64,000 bases of DNA from Lama guanicoe (lineage: Eukaryota), in assembly GCA_013239625.1 (NCBI GenBank), contig MU053588.1:87988-151987 (forward strand). The letters run 5' to 3'. The notes under the pieces are model-generated. The model searched no databases. It was given only the letters and a program-made list of their open reading frames with translations, and was not told where the DNA came from. Positions within the stretch are counted from its first letter, which is position 1. Every line of letters starts with the position of its first letter. Positions 12,546-25,090 of this stretch are shown here, in pieces. Made by a program: the position numbers and the translations under genes.

Positions 12546-13631
12546 TGAACTAGAACAAATAGTCCTAAAATTTATATGCAACCACAAAAGACCCAGAATT
12601 ACCAAAGCAATCCTGAGGAAAAAGAACAAAGCTGGAGGCATAACCCTCCCAGACTTCAGACAATACTATAGAGCTACAGTAGTCAAAACAGTATGGTATT
12701 GGCACAAAAAAACAGACATATGGATCAATGGAACAGAGTAGAGAGTCCAGAAATAAACCCAAGCACTTATGGTCAACTAATCTTCGACAAAGGAGGCAAG
12801 AATACAATGGAGAAAAGATAGTCTCTTCAGCAAGTGGTGTTGGGAAAGCTGGACAGCAGCATGTAAGTCAATGAAGCTAGAACACTCCCTCATACCATAC
12901 ACAAAAATAAACTCAAAATGGCTTAAAGACTTAAACATAAAACAGGACACCATAAATCTCCTGGAAGAGAACATAGGCAAAGCATTCTCTGATGTAAATT
13001 GTAGCAGTGTTTTCTTAGGTCAGTCTCCCAAGGCAAAAGAAATAAAAGCAAAAATAAACAAATGGGACCTAATCAAACTTAGAAGATTTTGCATAGCAAG
13101 GAAAACCGTAAACAAAACAAAAAGACAACCAACGGAATGGGAGAAAATATTTGCAAATGATGTGACTGACAGAGGCTTAATTTCCAAAATATGCAAACAG
13201 CTCAATATAATTAAAAAAAAAAACACTCTATCAAAAAAATAAGCAGGAGACCTAAATAGACATTTCTCCAAGGAAGACAGATGAATAACAGGCACATGGA
13301 AAGATGCTTATCGTTGCTAATTATTAGAGAAATGCCGTTCAAAACTACAGTGAGGTACTACCTCACACCAGTCAAATGGCCGTCATCAAAAAGTCTACAA
13401 ATAATAAAGGCTGTAGAGAAAATAATAAAAGGAAGCCCTCCTACACTGTTGGTGGGAATGCAAATTGGCACAGCCACTACTGAGAACAGTATGGAGGTTC
13501 CTTAAAAAACTAAAAACAGAGTTACCATATGATGTGGCAATCCCTTTCCTGGGCATATATCCAGAAAAGACAAAAACTCTAATTCGAAAAGATACACTCA
13601 CCCCAAAATTTATAGAAGCACTATTTACAGT
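12546..13631 (+). mobile_element. L1 ORF2 C-terminal fragment (relatively young, broken ORFs)
   Basis: Peptides [20 protein letters not shown], [38 protein letters not shown]. Confidence 0.95.
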
Positions 13632-16590
13632 ATCCTTCCACCTGTCTGCTGGACCACGGGAAGACACAGGCCACTGGCCCTTAATAGAGCACAAGACACA
13701 GCCTTCACCTGCGTCTGCCAACCGCCAAATGGCGCTCGGGCTCCCCTACAACCCAGGTTACCTTCCAGTGGCAACTGTGCTTGTGATTATCAAGCTAGCT
13801 GCCCTCTGCATCGCCCAGGAGCAGTGGGAGGGTGGGTTTCAACTCTGGCAAACTGGGTTGTTAGATGAGAAGAGGGAGAGGATACTAGGAAGATGATGGG
13901 AGGTAGGAAGGTGAGCCAGACTTTCTCTCCTCCGGTTACCAATAACCCATATCTCTGAATATGTACACCATCTTTGACACTGCTGCAGCGGCAGTAGCAG
14001 CTGAAGTGGCGAGACACAAAGTAGACTCAAATCCAGATCTAGGTGGATGGTAATGGATTCAACTGGGGGTGGGGAGAGGGGGGATGAAATCTGGTGTGGT
14101 GGGCGGCGATGAAGATCCCCAAATCCCCATTCACAACAAGGGTCATGTCGCCTGAAAATCTGTTGACCTTGAGAGTGGGTCCTATGCTAGTGGGCAGAGG
14201 AAGCCCATGCCCTATGCCACACGGGGTGGGGGACGCTGCCCCTCCCAGTGCCTCCCTGGATTCTGTTGAAAGCCCCTTCTCTCTGTCATTCTTCCTCCCA
14301 GCCCCCCAACTTCTCTCCCTCACTCTAATTCCGCTTGGTAATCCTGGCCTGGCTTTCTTACTCTTGGGAGCCCCAACAATCCATCCATCCATCGATCCAT
14401 CCACTTGTGCGTTTATCCATCCGTCCATCCTTCCATCTATGCGCTGGACCACAAGAAAACACAGGCCACAGACCCTTTATAGAGCACTGGACACAGTCTT
14501 GGCCTAGGCCAGTCAATTGCCGAGAGGCACTCCCTTTGCATCAGAACCTAGTCGACCTGTCGCATAGCAACCTGCTGTGTTGTGCTCAGGTCCCGCGCAG
14601 TAGCAGTTGGAAGGCGCTCTTCAACTCTACCAGTCTGGGTAGTCTGAGGCGAGAGGGCCCAGGGAACAGAGTGGAGTTGATGAGAGGTAGGTAGGGTGCA
14701 TCAGTCTTCCTCTTCCCAAGTTACCGACATCCCAGATCTCTCTGGATGTCACCATCTTTAATGCCGCCTGCACTGACACCACCACTGTCACAATGGCAGC
14801 TGGACCTGGTGGCCAGACGCTCTGTAGGCTCAAATTCAGATCTGGGTTGGTGGGAATGCTGTCAAATGGGCAGAAGTGGGGACGTCGGGGGCGGGTCATG
14901 AAATCTGGTGCAGAGGACGGTGAAGAAAATCCCTAGTCCCAGCTTGAAGTGATGGTCCCTGTCGCCTGAAAATCCATTGACTCCTGAGAGTGGTACCTCC
15001 CCTAGACATGGGCAGAGGAGGCCCATGCCCTGGGGCCACAAGAGGTGGGGGGTGCCTGCTTCTCCCAGGAACTTCCAGGAATCTGTTGAAAGCCCCTACT
15101 CCCAGCCATTCTTCCTCCCCTGCCCTACAACATCTCTTCCCCACCCCCCTTAATCTTGGCTTGGTAAGCCTGGCCTGGCAGGGAGCCTCAACAATCCATC
15201 TATTCATCCATCCATCTTTCCATCCATCCATCCATCCATTTATCCCTCCATCTATCCGCTGGACAACTAGAAGACACAGGCCACAGGCCCTTAATAGTGC
15301 ATTGGGCACAGCCTTCGCCTAACCCTGCCAACCACCAAACTGCACCCGGTTCTGCCAAAGCCTAGCCGACAACGTATCGCACAGCAACTGGGCTTGTCAC
15401 TGTGAAGCCAGTTGCCAGCTCGCGCGCAGTTAGTGAGAGGTCTTCAACTCTGGGAAGCTGGGTTTGGGGGAAGGGGCAGCGGGGAGAAGAAGACAGAGGG
15501 GAAGTGCTGGGAGGTAGGGTGGTGGCTGGACTTGGTGGTGAGATGCTCTGTGGACACAAACCCAGATTGGGGTGTGAGGTTATGGTGTCAAATGGGAGGC
15601 AGGGGAATAAAATCTGGTGCGATGAAGATCCCTAGTTCCTGCTCTAAGTTATGGTCTCTGTCGCCCGAAAATTCATTGACCCTTGAGAGCTGCACCTCCC
15701 CTACACAAGGGCAGAAAAGGCCCAGGCCCTGGCGCCACACGGGCCACACAGGCGCGGTCTCTGCCTCTTCCAGTGCCCTCCGGGAGTCAGCTGAAAGCGC
15801 CTTCCCCCAGCGGTTCTTCCTCCCGCGCCCACCAGCCTCTCTCCCTACCTCCTTTAATCCTGCTTGGCAAACCTGGCCTGGCCGGGCTTTCCTCTACTTT
15901 CGGGAGCCCAACAATCCAATTTTCCAGTCATCCATCCATTGACCCATCCATTTATCCATCCGTCTTTTCGCTGGACCTCTGGAAGCCACGCCACAGGCCC
16001 TTTCAAAGAGTGTGGGACTCAGCTTTCACCCGCGCCTTCCAACCGCTAGCATCCTGGCTCCAGCAGTGCTTAGTCCTCCGCTTGCGCAGCTGGAGGGTGG
16101 GGTCAACTCCAGCGCAGTGGGTTTTCAGGGAGGTAGAGGGAGAGGGCAGAGGGAGATGGTGGGAGGTAGAGAGGGTGCGCCAGTCTTCCTCTCTTCAGGT
16201 TACCGATGTCCCAGATCTCTGCGGCAGTGGCTAGACCTAGTGGCGAGATGCAGACACTGCCAGGTGCCTCTGTGGACATAAATCCGGATCGTGATGAGTG
16301 GGAATTGTGTCAAACGGGAGGAGAAAGGGGATGAAATCCGGTGAGGCGGGCAGTGATGAAGATCTCTCAATATCTACTGGAAGTGATAGTTGTATCGTTG
16401 GAAAATCCATTGACTCCTGAGAGCGGTACCTCCCCTGGATGTGGGCAGCAGAGGCCCATGCCCTATGCCACACGGGGACCCACATTGGGTATGGTCCCTG
16501 CCTCTCCCAGTGCCTTCCAGAAATCTGTTCAAAGTCCCTTCTCACCGTTTTCCTCAGCTCCCCAACCATTCTCCCCCCTCCCTTCACCTC
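13632..16590. repeat. Degenerate GC-rich tandem array, about 4 units of 700-820 bp
   Basis: Ordered recurring motifs: cacaggccac..ccctt (~13665, 14460, 15275, 15990); gaaatc(t/c)ggtg-like (~14085, 14900, 15610, 16333); gaaaat...ttgac (~14154, 14968, 15667, 16401); (ccat)n tracts (~14380, 15195, 15930). Confidence 0.88.
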
Positions 16591-18024
16591 TACCATCACT
16601 ATCACCCAAAGGACATTCCCTGGAGTATCTGGCCAAGATGTTGAGGGTGCTGCCTCCTCTGTGTGGGAGAACCTTCCTCCTTGGACAGAGGTGATGATGC
16701 TTCTGCAAAGTGTCCCAGGACTCAGGGCTCTTTCCTCAGTAGTTGTCCCACTGACAGATTCCTGTCCCTCTTTGTCTTGTCCCCCCCATGGCTGGCCTCC
16801 CTTTGACAAAGCAGGGAAGCCATGTGGTGCTTCTCTCCTTCTGCCCTACATCTGTGGCCTCAGAGAGAGGGCCAGGGGAGGGCTTGTTCTAAATTCCTGC
16901 TGCCCATGGTGGCTAGTCTCCTGATGCCTTTCTCCTGCCTTACTCATGTATTTCTCCCCAGTCAAGTGCCCTAGGGAGCAGGAAATCCGGTCTTCATCCT
17001 ACATGAAGGTCCTGAGACATGAGTTTGACTTGCTGATGGAAGAGCCTGCCCAGTGGGCTCCCCATTCCCTAGGTGGCCTGCCTGGTGTGGTCATATTCAT
17101 TGGGCAAGTCTTTCTTGGCCTCCTATCCTGACAAGGATTTTCCTCCTCCTGGAGGGAAACATCCAAGCCATGATATAAGGCCATGTTTTGTTGAGGAAGA
17201 AATGAGGCCTGCATTGAACCAGCCAGCTAAGAGATGCCCTTGATTCTCTCCAGACAGGAGTTGGCAAGCAGGGCCCAGTCGGAGCCCCTTATTTCTGTCT
17301 AGAAGTACCCTGGGCATCATTTGGAGAGGTGGGCACATGAGGTAATCGGCTGTGTCTGAAGGCCTGGTGTTCAGGGCAAGAGGCAGCAGTATCTGGAGGA
17401 AAGACATATGTCCAATTCTGTAGTAAGAATTAAGCATGTCTGGGGGTTGGCCTGGCTGTGTTGATTTCCAGGCAAGGCATCTTAGTCTTTACTGTGCCTT
17501 AAGACAGACAGAAGAGCTTGGTAAATTGCCAGGATTCCAGACTTTGAAGCCAGCTGTTTCTGAATGTTGGCTCAGACATATACCACTGGTGGGCACTTGG
17601 GTCACTGACTAAAATTCTGTGTCAAGCCATTGTCACCTCTGCAGTGGTGATTATCAGGAAAGGGCTCTAATGGTTCTTGAAGGAACTAAAGTGAAGAAGA
17701 AGCAGTTTATTCCAGGCCCCGGTGATTCTCACTATCAGTTTTTTCAAAGGTTTTCCAGGCTCTGTCCCCTCCCATATCCCAGGTCCTGGTGGTGGCAGCA
17801 CCCACCTCCTGGTACACCTGCTAAAACTCATCAGACCAAAAGGGAAAAGCAGTACCTTTCATTTGATGTGGATCATGCCACAAGGCAGTTCATTGATAGG
17901 TACAGGGGAGGTACAAACACACATTCATCATAGACACAGAGGGAAATGCTTAGTCTGGACGGGAATGAAATCTCATCGATGAAGTTAAAAACGAAACAGA
18001 ACTAACCAAGGAAATGTAAATGGG

Positions 18025-19025
18025 GTATGTCCAAATTCAGATCAGGGTGGGTGGGAAAGGTGTCAAATCGGGGGGAGGGGTGGGTGATGAAATCTAGCGA
18101 GGTGGGGGGAATGAAGGTCCCCAAGACCCCACTAAAGTAATGGTTGTGTGGACCGAAAATCCATGGACGGTGAGACCAGTACCCCTCCAAGACAGCCCCA
18201 GGGACACCCTTAACACCATCCGGAGGAGAGACACTGTTGCTAGGCTTCTGAACCTGTTTAGTCAACCTGACCCGGCTTTCCTCCACTTTCAGGAGCCCTA
18301 AATATCCATCTGTCCATCCTTCTATCCTTCTATCCATATATCTGTCCTCCCATTCATTCACTGGACTGGACCCCCCGGAGAAACTTCCACAGCTTTCGCC
18401 TGCCCCTGGCCTCCGCGGGAGGGCGATCCCGCACCCCCAGCGCCTGGAGGACTCCAGCTTAATCACCCTAGTGATCACTGTGATGCGCACAGCGCTCTTT
18501 GCCTGCACATGCGCAGTTCAAGGCCAGGTGCGACCCTAGGACGCTGGGTGAAGTGGTGGTGCTGGGGAGAGAACAGGGCGGATGTGTGGGTAGGGAGGAC
18601 CCTGTGCCCACCTTCTTCTACTCAGATTACCGAGATCTCACACATCTGAATCGCTGCTGCTCCTGCCACCAACACCAGCATGTCCGCCACCCTGGTGGAG
18701 GCTGGACTTGGTGACTAAACACAGACACACCGGGCACCTCTGTGGACTCATTTTTGGATCAGGGTGGATGCGAATTCTGTCACATGGAGCGGGGAGGGCT
18801 GGAATATGGTGAATTGACGGTGATTAATTTCCCCGAGTCCCCGCTGGAAATGACGGTATCCACTGAAAATCTGTTTTCCCTGGTACCAGTACCTCCCCTA
18901 GTTGTGGACAGAGGAGGCCCCTGCCTCGGCGCCATATTCCAGGGGACAGCTCTCTGCCTGTCTCAGCACCTTCCAGGAGATTGTTCAACGTTCCCCCTCC
19001 TGGCCTGTTCACCACCCCCACCACC
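18025..19025. repeat. Further ~1.5 degenerate units of the same GC-rich tandem array
   Basis: caaattcagatc..gggt.ggtgggaa.g.tgtcaaat at ~18032 matches ~14831; gatgaaatctagcg ~18088; gaaaatccatggac ~18155; ccat/ctat tract ~18305; gaaaatctgtt ~18865. Confidence 0.8.
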
Positions 19026-20069
19026 TCCTGGGCATGGCCGGAGGGTCAGGCCGTGGAGGGCACTACTTCCTGCCAGGTGGGGCACACCGTTTTCCTGGCA
19101 CCTTCCTCCTGGGACCAGGACAATAGGAATATAATGAAGAGGAACACATGCAGGAGGTACAGAAATGTAAGTCTGACATATCCATCCTAGAGAGAATGGA
19201 AAGTGGAGAGGAAAAACCGTGCTTCAGAGGCAGCTTTGAGGCTCCTTGGACCAACAATGACCCCAAGCCATGCTTTGAACCCCAAAAAGAACCCCAACAA
19301 TTGTCATGAATGAAAACCATAACCAGGTCCACAAGAGGAAATGCTCTGAAGGCCAACCCAAGATCCGAGAGGCTGGGGAGGGGGGCAGTGTGAGGAGAAA
19401 AAGCAGTAAAGGAATGATTTCAAAGGAGCAAACCTCATCCCAAGCAGCCCTGAAGTTTAACATCTCAGTGAGAACAGTTGAAGCCAGATTAAGTGTGCAT
19501 GAACAAGAACATGCAGGTAAACTGGAATCGTAAATCTACCACTGAAAAGCGGAAAGGCAATTGCAGATGAAATACTCAGAATGATGAATTAGAAGGAGAA
19601 GTACAGTCTAGGTGTAGTACATATATCTCATGATGTAGATTGTCCTGTGATTTGGAATGAAAGTCAAGGTACGTTATATGTAGCAAGAATGTCAACGCAG
19701 ACACCTGCCTAGACGTTCAGAAATATATGCTGAGAAGGAAAACTGATGTAACTGATTCCACAGAAGCTTGGCATTGACATTCTTTCATTAGGAGACCTTC
19801 TTCTTAATTATGCCAAATCAACACCATTTGAGGTCATGAAAGACAAGAAGATACTGAAATTTTAGAGGCTGGAGGCAGCTGAGGAGAAATTCCTTCCTAC
19901 TTCTATGCTAATCTAGGAGCAGAGAACAAGACATTAGTGGAAAAACAGTGGATTTGCCATAAGATCTGCAGTTGAGTTAAGAAGGTTGTCTCAAAGTTAC
20001 TTTCCTGTACCTGATGTTTGCATTATGGTTAGGTAAGATTTGGGGTTTTTTTTCCCCCCTGACAATAGA

Positions 20070-20875
20070 TTGAAAGTAGAAACCAATAGCAGAAGGAAAA
20101 TGGAAAATTCACTATGTGGAAATTTTAAAACACACTTTTGAAAAACCAGGGAGTCAAAGAAGAAATCAAAAGGGAAATCAAAAATTATCTCAAGACAAAC
20201 AAAAAATACAAAATATCAAAATCATGAGATGCAGCAAAAACAGGCTGAGAGGTAAGTTTACAGCAATAAATGCCTATATTAGTAGAGAGGTAATATCTCC
20301 AGAATAAAACCTAGGTTTACACTTCAAGGAATTAGACAATGAAAAACAAAGCCCAGAGTTAGAAGAAGGATGGAAATAATAAAGATCAGAGCAGAAATAT
20401 TTTAGAAATAGAGAATAGAAAAATCAAGGAAATTAAAAGTTGGACAAACATTTTGGCAGACCAGATAATAATAAATAAAATTAAATAAAATATAAAGGAA
20501 AGAGGAGACATTATAACTGATGCCACAGAAATAAAAAGGCTCATAAGAGATTACTATACTTATACACCAGCAAACTGGGTAACCTAGAAGAAATGAATAA
20601 ATTCCTAAAAACATACAAGTTACCAAGACAGAATCAAGAAGAAATAGGAAGTTTGAATAGATGTGTAAGTACTAAGGAGTTTGAATTAGTAATCCAAATC
20701 CTCCCAAGAAGGAAAATCCCAGTAACAGATGGCTCTACTGGTGAATTCTATCAAACATTGACAGAAGAATTAATGCCAATCCTTCTCAAACTCTTTCAAA
20801 ATTTGAAGAGGAGGGTAAACTTCCATCTTTACCCTGATACCAAAGTCAAAGACGTCACAGGAAAAGATAACTACT
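20070..20875 (+). mobile_element. Older L1 ORF2 fragment
   Basis: Peptides LRGKFTAINAYI, MNKFLKTYKLPR, DGSTGEFYQTLTEELMPILLKLFQ. Confidence 0.9.
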
Positions 20876-21270
20876 AGGGTTCAAAATGGCCAATTAGAGG
20901 GCCATGAACCCACCTCCTCCCATGGATACAATATATCTACAGCTACATACAGAACAATTTCCTCTGTAAGAAACCCCAGAACTAGCTGAGTGACTCGTAC
21001 ACGTTGAGTGAATGAATAAAAATCCACATTGAAACAGGTAGGAGAGGCTGAGACACAGTCTTGCCACAGAGACCACCTCTGGCACAGTGACCCACAGTCA
21101 GGAGGGAACTGACAAACCGGAGCTTCTCCCTGAGGAGTGAAGGGTTTGAACTCCACATCTAGCATCCTAGTTTTTAAGACCTGTACCTGAAAGATGAGGT
21201 CCCCAAATCTCCAGCTTTGAAAGCCAGAGGGGCTTGCCTCTACAAGAACCACAGGGGGCTTCCTGAACCA
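20876..21270 (+). mobile_element. L1 5'UTR-like fragment
   Basis: Begins ggttcaaaatggc (YY1-type start) then cacctcctcccatgga; style typical of laurasiatherian L1 5' ends (recall). Confidence 0.55.
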
Positions 21271-21379
21271 AAGGCAACTCCAGACTCTGATGCTGAAGCT
21301 GTACAGTCAGAGACAAGGTCCACCCCCTGATGGCTGTGGTTAACACCACAGATTTCAAAGGACAGTGTCCTTTGCAGGG

Positions 21380-21735
21380 TGCTATGAACTGAATTGTGCC
21401 ACCCCCAAATTCACATGTTGAAGCCCTGGTGCTTCAGTGTGACTGTATCTGGACGTAAGGCTTTTAGGAGGTCATTATGATTAAATGACGTCATAAGGGT
21501 GGAGCCCTAATCCAATAGAGAAATAAGAAGAGAAATGGAAGATCGTCCTCTCACTCCATACACATGCACCAAGGAAAGGCCACGTGAGAACACGGCACGG
21601 AGATGGCCAGGCAGGAAGTCAGCCCTCATATGAACCCACCCAGGCTGACACCTTGATCTTGAACTTGCCAGGCTCCAGAACTGTAAGAAAATAAATTTCT
21701 GTTTAAGCCACCCAGTCTATGGTATTTTGATTAGA
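21380..21735 (+). mobile_element. MLT1A/B LTR
   Basis: tgctatgaactgaattgtg..ccccaaattcacatgttgaagcc...ccagaactgtaagaaaataaatttctgtttaagccacccagtctatggtatttt. Confidence 0.85.
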
Positions 21736-22180
21736 TAGGATTCCATGGAGCTCTTCATTGACTCCATGGCCCCCAAGTGCTGACATAAAGCTTGGATAGG
21801 AAAAGACTCCTAGGTAAAAATAAACTAAAAAATGAGGCCACACCATATAAAGATGTTAATCACTCTTATACTAGGCATGATTATAATAAGATAATAATGA
21901 TGATGTTAATAATATATGTTTCTATGGGGTGGGGGAAGGGTAGGGTATAGGAATAACCAGTCTTTTCAGAGAGAAGTTTTACAACCACACTGTAACTACT
22001 CTAACTGGAGCATAATTGTATACAACACTATAACTAAGACTATAAGTGATCATACTAATAAAGACCTTTCAGAGACAGCATTGCATGAGGGTTAATATAA
22101 TAGACATTGTAGTCAGCTAGCCTGGGTTTGAATTCCCTTGAGCTGTTTACTGGCTTTGTGACTTTGAGCAAGTTCCTCGA

Positions 22181-22276
22181 TTTTTTTTTCCCCTTAGTGG
22201 AGGCACTGGGGATTGAACCCAGGAACTTGTGCATGCCAAGTATATGCTCTACTACTGAGCTATACCCCCAGCCCCC
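22181..22276 (-). mobile_element. tRNA-derived SINE (Vic-1-like) inserted into a MIR (~22080-22430)
   Basis: ggggattgaacccagg...actgagctatacccc with a T-tail, flanked by MIR core sequence (gtgactttgagcaagtt / ctcatctgtgaaatgggaataatag). Confidence 0.85.
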
Positions 22277-22604
22277 AAGCTCTTTAATTCTTAATGACTC
22301 AGATGCTCATCTGTGAAATGGGAATAATAGTTGAGCCAATATTAAGCATTACTGTGTGGATTGAAATGAGCTTATAGATTTAAAATCCCTGGAACAGGGA
22401 CTGGTGCACTCAACAAAATTTGTTTATCATCATCATCATCATAATCATCACTATTAGCACTGTGTACTGGGTTCTATGCCATTTAAACCTCACAGAGACC
22501 TTGTAATGTGTGGATCACTTCCCTCTGGTTTTACAAGATTGTCATCATTCCTAATAGAGGTATCAATTATAATGACATTAACATCAATGCAAATAATCAC
22601 AATG

Positions 22605-23030
22605 TCAGCATGGCAGCCAGCCTCCAAGATTTCCCTTAATGAATCTTGCCTCCTAGTATTCAAACTTCTGTGTAGTCTTTTCTTATAATGAATAGGGTTG
22701 ACCAGTGTAACCAATCCAACCACCATATTTGAATACACTCAAGAAGCCTTAAGGGGCCCACATGGTAAGGTATTTAAAAGTCTCCTGCCAATAGTCATAT
22801 AAACTAACTTGGAATCAGAGCCCACAAGCCCCAGTCAGCCTTCAGAGGACTGCATAGCTCTGGCCAGCATCTTGACTACAACCTCGTGAGAGTTCTTGAG
22901 CCAGAACCACCCAGCTAAGCTGTTCCCAGATTTCTGGCCCTCTGAAACTGTAAGAAAATAAATGTTTCCTGTTGTTTTAAGCCATTAAGTTTTGGGTAAT
23001 TTGTTACATAGCAATAGATAGCTAATGTAC
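22605..23030 (+). mobile_element. MLT1E/F-like LTR
   Basis: ggcagccagcctccaagat...agccagaaccacccagctaagc...taatttgttacatagcaatagatagctaat. Confidence 0.82.
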
Positions 23031-24089
23031 TCAGCAATGTATTATAGATATGCTGTTTTCCAGAGTGCAGGGGAACCCACCCTGTGTTCTCACAATTGGC
23101 ATTAATGATAATTATAACTTTAATATAATTCAAATGATTATATCAATGTGGTGCTTACATTTTCCTGTTTCATAGATGTTTACAGAGAACACAAGCAAAG
23201 CCCATTATTATAATAAATATTAAAATAGCACAATAATAATATCAATAAAAGAGTAGTCTAAATTGTGCTGATTTCACAGAGGTGAAAAAAAAAAAACAAA
23301 AAACTGCCCCTAGAAGCGAGGCTATTGTTGTGTTAATATAATGCAAACAACAACCAGAAGGTGGCAGAAGCAGAAGAGACACAGGATTTCTTAGCATCAG
23401 AGTGGAAGTTATTCATGTTGTCTTCGTAATTAGAGGCGTAGGACAAATAATGGCAAGGATTATGTACTAGTTATAAATTATAATTGTGTTACTTATACTT
23501 CAAATCAATAAGAATAGATTAATTGTGGAATTAAGTAAAACAGTAAGTGGTATGGCATGGCGTATGGTATGGAAAGTGGGGTGAGGTGAAGTGGGGTACG
23601 CTAGATAAGTCTCTCCAGGCAAAGGCCCAAAGGGGAACAAGTTTCCTTGATGTTAAGAATAGCCAGAACCGGGCTTGTCTGACAAATAATAAAAATGTTG
23701 ACCGGCTACAACTGCTGGTTCTCCAGACCCTACACCGCCTTTTATTTCAGTTATAACTTTTCACTACAAACATTAAATGTAGACACGTAAAAATACAAAT
23801 AACTGAAATTTTATGTAAAAAGCTGGGATACAAAATATAAAAGATACATAATCTAATATATAATCATATAGTATATATATCATATAAAATTGAAATCTTA
23901 TTTTATTGTAATAAGGAAAATACAATAATGATACTATAATGTACTATATATTATAAATACACAATATTACTATAGTATATAATGATATGCAATATAAAAT
24001 TATAACTAATGTACAAACCTAATTATGTATAGATATTTATAACCTAACATCTAATAAATAATCTTTTAGCAAACATAATTTATCACATA

Positions 24090-25090
24090 GTAAAACATAA
24101 TACTTTTGAGATTCATCCATGTTGTAGCTTGTGCCAATGAATATTTCCTTTTGGCGGGGGGAGTAATTAGGTTTATTTATTTATTTTTAGAGGAGTTACT
24201 GGGGACTGAACCCAGGACCTGGCACATGCTAAGCATGCACACTACCACTTGGGCTATATCCTTCCCCCAGAATATTTCCTTTTTATGGTGTCATAAATCA
24301 GCATATTTATGGCTGAGTAGTATTCCATTGTAGAGATGTACTACAATTTGTTTAATTATTCACCCACTGATGGACATATGGATTGTTTCCAATCTTTTTG
24401 CGATCATGAGTGAAGGTTCTGTGAACACTTGAGTATATACATGATTTCTCATTTCTCTACGGTAAATACCTAAGTGTGGGATTGCTGTGTTGTAGGCAAG
24501 GATATAATTAACTTTATAAGAACTTGTGAAACTTTCATCTGGAGTGGATATACTATGTTACCTTCCCACCAGCAATGCATGGAACTGTGCATTGCTCTGC
24601 ATCCTTGCCAGGTTTTGGTACTACGTGATTGACTGCTGTTCTAATAGGTGTGTGGTGGTATGTCATTATGGTTTTAATTTGCATTTTCATGATGATTAAT
24701 GATGTTGAGTGTCTTTTCATCAACTTATTTTCCATTTGTATCTCATACAGTCATATGGATAAATCTCAAATACATCACATTAAATGAAAGAAGTCAGACT
24801 CAGAAAGAGATACATACTTACATATATATGGATACATACATTTATATGACACATGAAAACAGCAAAATTATAGACACAGGAAACAGATCAGTGATTTCGA
24901 GGGGTTGAGAGTGGGTACAGAGAATGGCTAAAAAGGAATAGGAGGGAATTTAGGGGAGTGAAGGAACTGTTCTCTTGATTGTGGTGTTGATTACATGATT
25001 GTATGCAGTTGTCAAAACTCTCGGAACTGTACACTCTAAGAGTGACTATTACTGTATGTAAATTATACCTCAATAAATCTGACTTAAAAT
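24090..25090. mobile_element. Old L1M 3'-region fragments in opposite orientations (minus ~24090-24740, plus ~24745-25090)
   Basis: tgagattcatccatgttgtagc, ttttaatttgcattttc; then aaatgaaagaagtcagac...tatacctcaataaa. Confidence 0.75.
24153..24269 (-). mobile_element. tRNA-derived SINE (Vic-1-like) with a perfect 14-bp TSD
   Basis: TSD gaatatttcctttt at 24139-24152 and 24270-24283. Confidence 0.9.

Noticed and set aside
12535..13896. Functional L1 ORF2, or an L1/array fusion protein (ORF 13465-13896)
   Set aside because: A fragmentary, frameshifted L1; the ORF merely runs across the L1/array junction.
14039..16924. Many overlapping 100-190 aa ORFs on both strands
   Set aside because: Expected in GC-rich repeat DNA. 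The frames are not conserved between units, there is no recognisable domain, and the MDGW/HPSI runs are simply (CCAT)n translations.
13632..19025. CRISPR-like repeat-spacer array
   Set aside because: The DNA is eukaryotic, whole units are homologous rather than unique spacers between identical repeats, and no cas-like genes are present.
19130..19560. Short purine-rich ORF (19306-19533) as a possible exon
   Set aside because: No recognisable homology or convincing splice sites, and it is adjacent to old L1 3' debris.
23780..24100. Very AT-rich low-complexity tract
   Set aside because: No structure beyond decayed (TA)-rich simple sequence next to old L1.
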